A stretch of DNA of 64,000 nucleotides from IMG/VR virus record IMGVR_UViG_3300041402_000314, positions 124,001-188,000 of that record; one strand, given 5' to 3'. A program made the position numbers and the translations under genes. Below, piece by piece: positions 1-8,196 of the stretch; the first letter of the stretch is position 1, and each line of letters starts with the position of its first letter. The notes beneath the pieces are model-generated. The model was given only the letters and a program-made list of their open reading frames with translations. It was not told the DNA's origin and did not search any database.

Positions 1-96
1 GCATGTCGAAAACCATTTCAAAAAATTGAAATCAACTATAAAAGACAATCTGGATATCATGACACCAGAACATAGAAAAATAGCGGAGAAGAAGGT

Positions 97-297
97 ATGA
101 GTAACGAAATATTAAATAAAATAGCTGGTGTCTTAGAAGAAGGCAAAGTAGTAAAATTGAGTAGTGATGGTGATATCAGTGTTAAAAAGGCTATAGCGAA
201 TCATATCACTATCAGAGATGATAGTGTCGGAGCCATAATTTCTATCAATAAAAAATATCTAAAAGATTTGGTAGATTTCATTCAAAAGGAATTTTAA
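97..297 (+). CDS. Small protein with array-type leader (ILNKIAGVLEE|G), putative internal head protein
   Basis: ORF track; N-terminus resembles the leader shared by ORFs at 914-5299. Confidence 0.55.
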   Translation: MSNEILNKIAGVLEEGKVVKLSSDGDISVKKAIANHITIRDDSVGAIISINKKYLKDLVDFIQKEF

Positions 298-311
298 AGG
301 AGATTGAAAAG

Positions 312-473
312 GTGTATGATACCAAAGTAACATTGAAGAAAGTCGAAGAAGGTTATTATCATGGTTACTATGAAGGAAAGCAGATTCTAGGCGGTAAAAA
401 GAGTGAACTAGTTAGAATGATGAAACTGATGGTTCAGGGTATAATGGAATCCGAGAGAAAGAAGCTGACTTGA
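312..473 (+). CDS. Small hypothetical protein (GTG start, about 53 aa)
   Basis: Hand-translated open frame VYDTKVTLKKVEEGYYHGYYEGK...; below ORF-track cutoff. Confidence 0.45.
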   Translation: MYDTKVTLKKVEEGYYHGYYEGKQILGGKKSELVRMMKLMVQGIMESERKKLT

Positions 474-499
474 CAAACCATATCAATATGTAGTATAAT
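470..499 (+). promoter_or_regulatory. Sigma70-type promoter
   Basis: TTGACA (470-475), 18-nt spacer, TATAAT (494-499). Confidence 0.6.
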
Positions 500-573
500 A
501 GAGACAACTTGGACAGAAAAAACTGTTATGACACACTAAAATATAGATAATCTTGATCTGAAATATGGTTGGT

Positions 574-605
574 AAGCCTAGACGCTGTTAAGTCTAGGCT
601 TTTTT
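574..605 (+). terminator. Intrinsic terminator
   Basis: AAGCCTAGAC/GTCTAGGCTT 10-bp stem followed by T tract. Confidence 0.8.
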
Positions 606-617
606 ATTTTCAGGATA

Positions 618-625
618 TATAAATA
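618..625 (+). promoter_or_regulatory. T4-type late promoter upstream of the small-protein array
   Basis: TATAAATA; same motif recurs before most structural genes. Confidence 0.7.
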
Positions 626-657
626 ATTATAATAAACCTGTAATAAAGGAAACCACT

Positions 658-903
658 ATGAGCTTTAAGGATAAGATTATTAAGTATATCTGGAATAATC
701 TATTAGCATTTGATAGACAAGTTAATGCTCTTCTATGCGGAGACCCAGAGGAAACTATCAGTTCTCGTATGGGTAAATTAGTTGAGCAAGATAGATGTCC
801 TTTCTGTTATTTTATCTGTACACATTTTCTACACAAATTAGACCCAGATCATTGCCAGAAGTCAATTGACAGAGACGAAGGCGATGATGAAATAAAATTT
901 TAG
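658..903 (+). CDS. Phage hypothetical protein, Cys/His-containing
   Basis: RBS AAAGGA; motif NALLCGDPEETISSRMG...C..C...LDPDHC. Confidence 0.7.
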   Translation: MSFKDKIIKYIWNNLLAFDRQVNALLCGDPEETISSRMGKLVEQDRCPFCYFICTHFLHKLDPDHCQKSIDRDEGDDEIKF

Positions 904-913
904 GAGAATAAAT

Positions 914-1519
914 ATGTCAAGTTTCAAAGATTACATGACCAAAGAAAAGAATAATGATATCATCAATGATGGACATTTCCATGTAGAAAAGATGGGAGGT
1001 AGAACAGGTCCACCTATTAGAGTTAAGACCGATGATGGCAGAACAACCCATATCCATAATCAAAGTGATGGTAAGGATACAGTCGAAGCTAAAGATGTAG
1101 GTGGTTTCGTTAATAGGGATGATATAGAAGACAATGTAACTTCTCTTCCAAAAAGCCCAAATCATACCCATATGCAAACTGATGGACAGCATACCTCACC
1201 AGCTATATATCCTGAAGTAGAAGAAGATCAGAAGGGTATTAGTATCGGTGGTATCTCTGAGAAGATAGAACAAGTTCTTGAGGGTAAGGGTAAATTCGAT
1301 AAGAAAAATCTAAAAGGTAAAAATACCAAGATAATAGACCCTCATAACAAAGATAAGATTTGGTATTTTGATGATATACAGGATAATAAGATTAGAGTGA
1401 CACAAGTAGTTTTAGGTAGCATTACAGGTCAAAGTGTTATGTCACTTAAAGATGTGAATGAATTACTTAAAGGATTAGGCAAACAAAGTTTCGGTACTTT
1501 AGGATTTAGGGAGAATTAA
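914..1519 (+). CDS. Putative internal head protein
   Basis: N-term MSSFKDYMTKE resembles T4 IP targeting peptide; internal EKIEQVLE|G copy of array leader. Confidence 0.55.
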   Translation: MSSFKDYMTKEKNNDIINDGHFHVEKMGGRTGPPIRVKTDDGRTTHIHNQSDGKDTVEAKDVGGFVNRDDIEDNVTSLPKSPNHTHMQTDGQHTSPAIYPEVEEDQKGISIGGISEKIEQVLEGKGKFDKKNLKGKNTKIIDPHNKDKIWYFDDIQDNKIRVTQVVLGSITGQSVMSLKDVNELLKGLGKQSFGTLGFREN

Positions 1520-1522
1520 ATA

Positions 1523-1857
1523 ATGGATTTAATAGAGAAGATAGAACAAGTATTAATTGAAGGTAAGATCAAAAAGTTTAAGGGTGATAATCCTTTTTCA
1601 AAATCAAATCTATATATGGTTGGAGCTGGTATGGATACGAATGGAAATCATGTGGTATCGATAAAATTTCCTAATTCCAGCGCATTTACAATTCAAACCG
1701 CTGGTAATTTGAACACCGCTCATGATGCATTGAGAGGGGTGAAAGATTATGAGACCGAAATAGATGATTCCACAAAAAGAAGATAGAAAAAGAGATTGTT
1801 GAATATGTCAAGGATTATGGGTCTAAGGCACAACAATCAAAACTAAAAACATATTAA
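1523..1857 (+). CDS. Putative internal head protein; frame breaks at A5 run 1774-1778 (track ORF ends 1786)
   Basis: Leader MDLIEKIEQVLIE|G; -1 frame continues KKIEKEIVEYVKDYGSKAQQSKLKTY to TAA 1857, just before the next RBS. Confidence 0.55.
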
Positions 1858-1868
1858 AGGGGAATCAA

Positions 1869-2255
1869 ATGAAAATCATAGACAGGATAGACAATATTTT
1901 AAATGAAGCATCTAAAGAAATAGATGAGACTTCTGGTACTGAATTGGAAATGTATATAGAGAATGATAGCCAATTATATAGTCAACAATTTATTCCTATA
2001 GTAAAAAATCTGATGACTAAGAGAGCGCAGGGAAAATATGATAGTAAAAAGGCTGTTAAGCTCTTCATGTATCTTATGGAATCTGGAGCCAAGAAATATG
2101 TTAAGGATTTTGGCGGTACTTGGAATATAATGTTCAATAAGCCTACTAGAGAGTGGACAGCCAAAAGATTTGTGGAGAATTTCGATAACGAAGCCGAAAT
2201 AGGTGGTTACGATGAGTACATACCTAAAAAATATCAAAAGAAAGCTAAGAAATAG
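1869..2255 (+). CDS. Putative internal head protein
   Basis: Leader MKIIDRIDNILNE|A. Confidence 0.65.
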   Translation: MKIIDRIDNILNEASKEIDETSGTELEMYIENDSQLYSQQFIPIVKNLMTKRAQGKYDSKKAVKLFMYLMESGAKKYVKDFGGTWNIMFNKPTREWTAKRFVENFDNEAEIGGYDEYIPKKYQKKAKK

Positions 2256-2263
2256 GAGAAATA

Positions 2264-2992
2264 ATGAGAATCGTAGAGAAAATAGATAAGATATTAAACG
2301 AAGGTAAGAAGACAAAGATCAAGAAGCCGTCATGGAAGGAACTAAAGAAGCGTATCCAGAAACTTAAGAAGATAAAGTTTAAGAAACCTTCTAAGCCTAA
2401 GAATTCCATGACCATTACTAGCAGAATAAAGAAGAGTGCGAAAAAATTATTCAAAAGTCTCTTCAAAAAGATGAGATTAACAGAATCTAGTGATGCTAAA
2501 GTAAAAGCATTGGCTGATTTTAAGGAAGTAGAGACTGATGAAATCACTGATTTGAGTTATGGGTTTGAGGTTGATAGTGAAGAATATATGGTTCTTACTG
2601 ATTCAGAAGCGGATGATGCTACAAAGGAATATATAGAGGAAAGTATTTGGGCTTTTAACACAGATTTTCTTCTTGGTCAGATGACGTTAGCAGATGTCAA
2701 TAAATATTATGGTCTCGAAGATTCATATTACGATGAAGATACAGAAGAAGATGTCGAAATCGGTGATGATGAAGAAGTATTCTATATGGGTATGGGTATG
2801 ACATTAGAGGAATGGATTAAAGAAAAACAAGGCGAGTATGAAAGTGGTAATCAGGAATTACTTCGTCTCATAGATGATATCGATGAATTTGTAGAGGAAG
2901 CTATCAGATGGGATGGTAGAGGTCACTTCTTATCTTCTTATGATGGTGATGAGAATGAAGAAGGCGATTACTACATCTACAGAACAAATTAA
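2264..2992 (+). CDS. Putative internal head protein: basic segment followed by highly acidic domain
   Basis: Leader MRIVEKIDKILNE|G, Lys-rich stretch, second LTE|S site, D/E-rich C-terminal domain. Confidence 0.65.
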   Translation: MRIVEKIDKILNEGKKTKIKKPSWKELKKRIQKLKKIKFKKPSKPKNSMTITSRIKKSAKKLFKSLFKKMRLTESSDAKVKALADFKEVETDEITDLSYGFEVDSEEYMVLTDSEADDATKEYIEESIWAFNTDFLLGQMTLADVNKYYGLEDSYYDEDTEEDVEIGDDEEVFYMGMGMTLEEWIKEKQGEYESGNQELLRLIDDIDEFVEEAIRWDGRGHFLSSYDGDENEEGDYYIYRTN

Positions 2993-3006
2993 GGAGAACT
3001 TAGATA

Positions 3007-3234
3007 ATGGATATTACAGAAAAGATGGAAATAATGTTAGGTGAAGCTTTTGACGTGGAAGAGTTCGATGATGTCAAATCTAAGGCATCTAAGAAGCTCT
3101 TCAAGGTCGTAGAAATTTTAATGAAGGGCGGTGCAAGGGTATTCAAGTTAAGACCTCTTGAAGGCAAAGCTACGGCTTCTGATGAGTTTGATGTCGAGAA
3201 CAAGAAATTCTTTAAAGAATACGTGGCTGCATAA
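3007..3234 (+). CDS. Putative internal head protein
   Basis: Leader MDITEKMEIMLGE|A; RBS GGAG. Confidence 0.6.
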   Translation: MDITEKMEIMLGEAFDVEEFDDVKSKASKKLFKVVEILMKGGARVFKLRPLEGKATASDEFDVENKKFFKEYVAA

Positions 3235-3246
3235 GGAGAGGGAAAT

Positions 3247-3583
3247 ATGAGTATTATAGACAAGATAGATAATATCACTGAAGGTAGAGATACGAGAGGA
3301 GTTCTAACAAAAAGAATCGATTTCGAGAAATTAATTAAGAAGATAAAAGGCATGACTGCTAGAAATGATCATACTGGAGCCTATATATTAATTTCTTCTG
3401 AGATACTGAAAAAATAAGAAGCTGGTAAAGATTTTTACTGCTATAGAAGATATTACCAATGTCGATAATGGGATGTCGGGGAATCTCTCTAAATTTAGTC
3501 ATGAGAAATATCAAGAAATGATGAATCTAGTCAAAGCAAAATTAGATGACCGAGATTATCAAGCAATATACCAATCAACATAA
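3247..3583 (+). CDS. Putative internal head protein; frame breaks at A6 run 3409-3414
   Basis: Leader MSIIDKIDNITE|G; TAA at 3415, +1 frame continues NKKLVKIFTAIEDITNV...YQST to TAA 3583, just before the next RBS. Confidence 0.55.
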
Positions 3584-3591
3584 GGAGAACT

Positions 3592-3936
3592 ATGAGTAAA
3601 TTAATAGATAAGATAGAAAGTGTATTGAATGAAGCTAAGAAAAGAAAAGCCTCTTTCGGGAAAACCAAAGATATGAGTTATGCTGTCCAGATTGATAGCC
3701 TAGATAGTAATGATTTCTATACTCAGGCATTCGGTAGACAAATTAGCGATCTGAGGAAAGCGGATGAATTTATTAAAACAGCTAAGAAAGGTTATGTTGA
3801 TGGTAAAGGCAAAGCAACACTTCCTGCCGTCAGAAAATGGGTAAAGGAAAATCAGCCTTCAGAATTCTATGCTAAATGGAAATCAGATAGTTCTTGGTAT
3901 AAAGATGATAGCATAGAAATCTTTTATAAGAAATAA
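3592..3936 (+). CDS. Putative internal head protein
   Basis: Leader MSKLIDKIESVLNE|A. Confidence 0.65.
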   Translation: MSKLIDKIESVLNEAKKRKASFGKTKDMSYAVQIDSLDSNDFYTQAFGRQISDLRKADEFIKTAKKGYVDGKGKATLPAVRKWVKENQPSEFYAKWKSDSSWYKDDSIEIFYKK

Positions 3937-3944
3937 GGAGAATC

Positions 3945-4118
3945 ATGAATTTCAAAGATTATATATTAAACGAAAAATCTAAAGAAGCTTCAGAAGTTCT
4001 ACAGCTTATGGATAAGGACGAAGACGCTGATTATGGAAAGGCTTTAAAAGCTGTTCTGAAGAAGTATCCTAAAGTTGATAAAAAGGCTTTGGAAAAAGAA
4101 TTGAATAAATATATTTAA
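3945..4118 (+). CDS. Putative internal head protein (57 aa, not in ORF track)
   Basis: RBS AAGGAG; MNFKDYILNE|KSKEASEVLQLMDKDED... Confidence 0.6.
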   Translation: MNFKDYILNEKSKEASEVLQLMDKDEDADYGKALKAVLKKYPKVDKKALEKELNKYI

Positions 4119-4131
4119 GGAGATAGAACTA

Positions 4132-4359
4132 ATGGACATATTAGATAAGATAGACGCAGCACTAAACGAAGATTCAACTGAAAACGCAAAGAAAACCCTT
4201 CAAGCTATTATAGGTACTCTCAAGAAGTCTGAAGGAAAAGATAAGGATGAGATGCTAGATATGGCTAATGGTATAATGGATTACTACAAGAAAGAAAAAT
4301 CCTTTGCGCCTAAACAAGCCGAATGGATTTTCAATACCTCTAAAGCATTATTTAAGTAA
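4132..4359 (+). CDS. Putative internal head protein
   Basis: Leader MDILDKIDAALNE|D. Confidence 0.65.
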   Translation: MDILDKIDAALNEDSTENAKKTLQAIIGTLKKSEGKDKDEMLDMANGIMDYYKKEKSFAPKQAEWIFNTSKALFK

Positions 4360-4368
4360 GGATATAAA

Positions 4369-4581
4369 ATGGATATTATAGAAAAGATAGATGAAACATT
4401 AGAAGAAGCCACATCATCCGATGGTATAGATGTAAAGGGTTTACTGAATGATTTAAGAAAGGCCGAGAACAATATGAAACAATTAGCAAGTACGGTCAAT
4501 CATTTTAAACCCGGTAAAGTTAGAGCAGATGATTATGTCGAACCTATTAAAAATGCTGTTAAAAAATTAAAAGGTAAGTAA
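4369..4581 (+). CDS. Putative internal head protein
   Basis: Leader MDIIEKIDETLEE|A. Confidence 0.65.
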   Translation: MDIIEKIDETLEEATSSDGIDVKGLLNDLRKAENNMKQLASTVNHFKPGKVRADDYVEPIKNAVKKLKGK

Positions 4582-4593
4582 AGGATTAATACT

Positions 4594-4842
4594 ATGTCAA
4601 AGACATTCATAGAATACCTCTCAGAGGCTAGATTTGACGTTATAAGCAAAGAAAAAACAAAAGATGGGCGGAAGCTTCACCATACAGTAGAAATCGCCTC
4701 TAAGACGAAAATAGACGTTGATGATGTCGCTACTAAAGTTGGTTATCCTCCAATGGCTTATGGATTGTCAAAATCCAAGGTAACTAAACTGGATAATGGA
4801 AATTTTAAATATGAATGGGATTCTGCTTCAAATGCAGGATAA
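4594..4842 (+). CDS. Putative internal head protein
   Basis: MSKTFIEYLSE|AR, close to T4 IPII/IPIII MKTYQEFIAE|A. Confidence 0.65.
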   Translation: MSKTFIEYLSEARFDVISKEKTKDGRKLHHTVEIASKTKIDVDDVATKVGYPPMAYGLSKSKVTKLDNGNFKYEWDSASNAG

Positions 4843-4850
4843 GGAGAGAT

Positions 4851-5084
4851 ATGGATATAACTGAGAAGATAGATGTCATTCTCCTAGAAAACGAGCTAGA
4901 TGAGGGTATAAAAGAACTGGCAAAGAACGCTATAATCTCAGTATTGATAAGTATAGCAGTAATGGTAGGCGGTGGCTCACCAGTTAAATTAGCAGTCGAG
5001 AAGGCTCATAAAGAACATCGAGTTACGGATGTGAGTGTTGATCAGCTCGAAAAATTATATAAGTCAATAAAAACGAGGGTGTAA
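4851..5084 (+). CDS. Putative internal head protein (start revised from 4815)
   Basis: RBS AAGGAG before ATG 4851; leader MDITEKIDVILLE. Confidence 0.6.
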   Translation: MDITEKIDVILLENELDEGIKELAKNAIISVLISIAVMVGGGSPVKLAVEKAHKEHRVTDVSVDQLEKLYKSIKTRV

Positions 5085-5086
5085 GG

Positions 5087-5299
5087 ATGGATATTTTAGA
5101 TAAGATAGAAGAAGCTACAGAGAAAAAGAAATTCAATCAGAAGAAATTCTTCATGGCTTATAATAAAGCGTTTACTGTAATGAGAGATATAGTAAGTGAC
5201 CCTAAATTTGGGTTAGATATTGAAGATGCTAGAAAATTAAATAATATAGCTAAAGAATTTTATGATTCTTCTGAAGAAATATGGAAAAGAAATAAATAA
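5087..5299 (+). CDS. Putative internal head protein
   Basis: Leader MDILDKIEEATE|K. Confidence 0.6.
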   Translation: MDILDKIEEATEKKKFNQKKFFMAYNKAFTVMRDIVSDPKFGLDIEDARKLNNIAKEFYDSSEEIWKRNK

Positions 5300-5330
5300 A
5301 TTATCCTATCTACAAAGAAGGAAGAAGTTG

Positions 5331-5361
5331 GGCGGTGTCTATATCAGGCATCGCCTTTTTT
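5331..5361 (+). terminator. Intrinsic terminator closing the array
   Basis: GGCGGTGTCT/AGGCATCGCC stem (G-U pairs only on + strand) then T tract. Confidence 0.8.
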
Positions 5362-5370
5362 ATTTTAAAG

Positions 5371-5378
5371 TATAAATA
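5371..5378 (+). promoter_or_regulatory. T4-type late promoter
   Basis: TATAAATA upstream of 5417. Confidence 0.7.
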
Positions 5379-5416
5379 CTTAAAACGACTTAAATAGATA
5401 AAGGAGATTAATAAAT

Positions 5417-6643
5417 ATGGCTGGTAGAGATGTTAGTAATACTAACTTAGGTAAATTAGAAGCTTTGTATGATATCGTTGATGTTTTATCTGGAACTTCG
5501 GGAGAAGGAGAACAAAAAACGGCTTTCGATGAATTATTGATAGCAGAACTTACTCCAGTTATTCAATTACAATTTCCTTATAATATAAATACGGATTTAT
5601 TATCTATAACTACTTCCGTTTCTGGTGATGTCACTCAATCAAATACTAAAGCAGTTATTGAAACTGGAGCTAGTAGTAGCAGTTCAGCATCTATACAAAG
5701 TAAGAAAGTATTGAAATATAATCCCGGTCAAGGTTCCTTAGTTAGATTTACCGCGTTATTTACTGCTGGAGTAAATGGGTCATCTCAGTTAATTGGAGTC
5801 GGAGATGATCAAGATGGATTTTTTGTAGGTTGTGATGACACTACTTTTGGTATTTTAAGAAGACAGAATGGTGTTGATACATGGACATATCAAACTAATT
5901 GGAACGGTGATAAAGCAGATAATAGTGGAACTTTACCTGTTATAGATTTCACTAAAGGTAATGTATTTCAAATTCGATATCAATGGTTAGGTTATGGTGC
6001 TATAAAATTTTATATAGAAAACCCAAGCAATGGTAAATTAATATTAGTACATACAATTCCATATGCTAATGCTTATACGATAGCATCTATTTACAATCCT
6101 ACTTTACCATTATTTGTAAAGGCAGAAAATACTACAAATGATACTAATATTAAAATAGAAACATCTTCTTTAGCTGGATTCGTTGAGGGCAAATTAGAAA
6201 CTAAATCTTCTTCATTAGTGAAAGCTAAAGGTAATTTAAAAGCTGCAATAACTACAGAAACTAATCTTATAACGATTAGAAACAAAAGTACGTATCAATC
6301 AAAAACTAACAGAGTTAGAGTGAAGCCCATATTTATTTCATTGGCGAACGAAGGAACTAAAACTGTCAAGTACAGGTACTTGTTAAATGCTACTATCGGT
6401 GGTACGCCATCATTTAATAGTATAGATGTGAATAATTCAGTTATTGAATATGATATTGCTGGAACAACAATAACTGATGAAGGAAGTGAACTTTTTACTG
6501 TAGATTTAGCAAAATCTGATTCCGACCGAATAACTTTACCATTTGATATTCCTTTGAATCCCGGAGATTCATTAACTATTACAGCGGAGTCATCTTCATC
6601 TACAGATGCAGAAGCTTCAGTTACATGGGAAGAATTATTTTAA
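5417..6643 (+). CDS. Probable beta-rich virion structural protein
   Basis: Late promoter; Ser/Thr/Gly-rich beta-strand pattern; no family assignment possible by eye. Confidence 0.55.
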   Translation: MAGRDVSNTNLGKLEALYDIVDVLSGTSGEGEQKTAFDELLIAELTPVIQLQFPYNINTDLLSITTSVSGDVTQSNTKAVIETGASSSSSASIQSKKVLKYNPGQGSLVRFTALFTAGVNGSSQLIGVGDDQDGFFVGCDDTTFGILRRQNGVDTWTYQTNWNGDKADNSGTLPVIDFTKGNVFQIRYQWLGYGAIKFYIENPSNGKLILVHTIPYANAYTIASIYNPTLPLFVKAENTTNDTNIKIETSSLAGFVEGKLETKSSSLVKAKGNLKAAITTETNLITIRNKSTYQSKTNRVRVKPIFISLANEGTKTVKYRYLLNATIGGTPSFNSIDVNNSVIEYDIAGTTITDEGSELFTVDLAKSDSDRITLPFDIPLNPGDSLTITAESSSSTDAEASVTWEELF

Positions 6644-6654
6644 AGGGAACTAAC

Positions 6655-6849
6655 ATGGATTCAGATATATTGGTTGATATGAGATCAAAGAAAATATTAG
6701 GCGGTTCCGCTTTCATACATAAGATAAAAGGTTATGTGATATGGAAAGTCTTGTCGATAGATAAGGCAGGAAAGATAAAAGATAATTTTACCTTCAAAGA
6801 CGAGATATTAGCCACTGAGAAATTCGAAGATATCACGGAGATCGATTAA
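6655..6849 (+). CDS. Hypothetical protein
   Basis: MDSDILVDMRSKK..., RBS AAGGG; track start 6625 overlaps upstream gene. Confidence 0.45.
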   Translation: MDSDILVDMRSKKILGGSAFIHKIKGYVIWKVLSIDKAGKIKDNFTFKDEILATEKFEDITEID

Positions 6850-8030
6850 TGTTTTCCAAATACTGCCTCTTTGGGTGTCCAGCCGCAACGTAATCTGGAA
6901 GCTATGACACCATACTTATTTCTGGATATTTCAGCCCATTCTTTCATGGATTTTTTATCACCATCTATAGTTAGACCTTTCTTTTTTCCATAGACTGCCT
7001 TTTCGGGAGACCAACCTATATTCATTCTCCCTCTAATTATTTCTGGGGTATTCCCAGAAAGTTCAGCCCATTCTTTTATAGTTTTAGTTTCTCCGTTGAA
7101 TGTTAAATATTTCTTAGTTTTATGTTCGGAAAATACAGCTTCCTTTTCAGACCATCCATTTCCCAATCTGGTATGTATAGTATTGAAATTAGTTCCAGAT
7201 TTATTAGACCATTCCTTTACGGTTTTAGTTACGCCATTTATTGTTAAATATTTCTTATTTTTATGTTCTGAAAATACTGCTTCTTTAGGAGACCAACCAG
7301 CTTTTAGCCTCCCTCTTATAGTATTAAAGTCTATACCAGAAAGTTCAGACCATTTTTTCACAGATTTAGTTTCACCCTCTACAGTCAGATACAATGTTAT
7401 TTTACATTCATCTCTTATTATTGTCTCGATTCGTTTGCGAATTTGTTCAGGTGATTATTTCTTACCAAATTGGGAATGTTTTTCACCTCTTTGGGAGTCA
7501 CTAATTAATTTCCTAGTTTCTTCAGAATGTGTTTTACCATACATACCATTTTTCTCACCAGATGACATTTCTGAATATCTCAGTCTTTCTTCTGGATTTT
7601 CAAAACGTCTGATTTGTGCCTTTCGTAATTTCTCTATGGTTTCTTCAGTCGGTATATACCCACAACATCCTTCACCTCCATTAGTCTTATTGAGCAAAGG
7701 CCCTAATCCCAAATCTACTCTACCTACCACTCTTATTATATATCTTTCTTTAGCAAAGGCTTCCTGTTCTGTTACATTTTCTAATATCTTGATTATTTTA
7801 GGCTCATAACCATCTTCTATTATTTCTCTAAGTAGATTTAATTTATCCGAATCAATATCTGTATTAATAGCATCTTTGGCATGTACTTCACATCTATCAT
7901 CAAGACCTTTACCTCCATAGATAGGAAGATAGTCTAGTGTTAATTTACCGCCATCATAAATGAAAGTACCTGTATGTCTTGGGTCTAATATTATATATGT
8001 ATAGAAAATAGGGTCTTCGGGATTGGTCAT
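6846..8030 (-). pseudogene. Free-standing GIY-YIG-like homing endonuclease (NUMOD3 plus 4 tandem DNA-binding repeats) split by one in-frame TAA
   Basis: 8030-7455: YTY..LDPR...IYGGKG..DR..H...E..L.N...GGEG and GKTHSEETRK; after TAA 7457-7455 the same frame continues SPEQIRKRIET... into 7394-6846 with four LTxxGETKT.KEW.E.SG....TI..R...GWS..EAV repeats. Confidence 0.75.
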
Positions 8031-8056
8031 GATATTGCTCCTTATATAAATAGATG

Positions 8057-8124
8057 TGAGAGGGACAGCAAGTAGATTGCTCCACTTGTTGCTAGGTAGT
8101 TCGTGCTATCTAGCTAACCTCTTA
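8057..8124 (+). ncRNA. Putative three-way-junction structured RNA, copy 1
   Basis: P1 TGAGAGG/CCTCTTA, GA, P2 CAGCAAGT/ACTTGTTG with GCTCC in loop, P3 CTAGGTAG/CTATCTAG, CTAA; starts 5 nt after TATAAATA 8045-8052. Confidence 0.55.
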
Positions 8125-8131
8125 TTATAAC

Positions 8132-8139
8132 TATTTATA
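8132..8139 (-). promoter_or_regulatory. T4-type late promoter for the GIY-YIG-like gene
   Basis: TATTTATA on + = TATAAATA on -. Confidence 0.55.
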
Positions 8140-8162
8140 CATCGAGATATTTTTCTGGAAAC

Positions 8163-8170
8163 TATAAATA
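8163..8170 (+). promoter_or_regulatory. T4-type late promoter
   Basis: TATAAATA upstream of gp14. Confidence 0.7.
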
Positions 8171-8196
8171 GTTAAAACAATATTAAAAGGAATATT

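Noticed and set aside
1774-3417. Programmed frameshifting at the A runs 1774-1778 and 3409-3414 in two array genes
   Set aside because: The shifts needed are in opposite directions (-1 and +1), lack canonical slippery heptamers or stimulatory structures, and sit in homopolymers. Sequencing indels or recent mutations are more likely; reads are needed.
917-4499. Minus-strand ORFs opposite the small-protein array (917, 1974, 1982, 2245, 3000, 4284)
   Set aside because: Hydrophobic antisense translations of Lys/Glu-rich genes; no RBS or promoter.
7096-7809. 237-aa + strand ORF
   Set aside because: Antisense shadow of the repetitive endonuclease gene; no RBS and no protein-like features.
8057-8124. 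Identifying the three-way-junction RNA as a hammerhead, twister, HDV-like ribozyme or known riboswitch
   Set aside because: Core motifs such as CUGANGA/GAAA are absent and no known consensus was recognised by eye; left unassigned.
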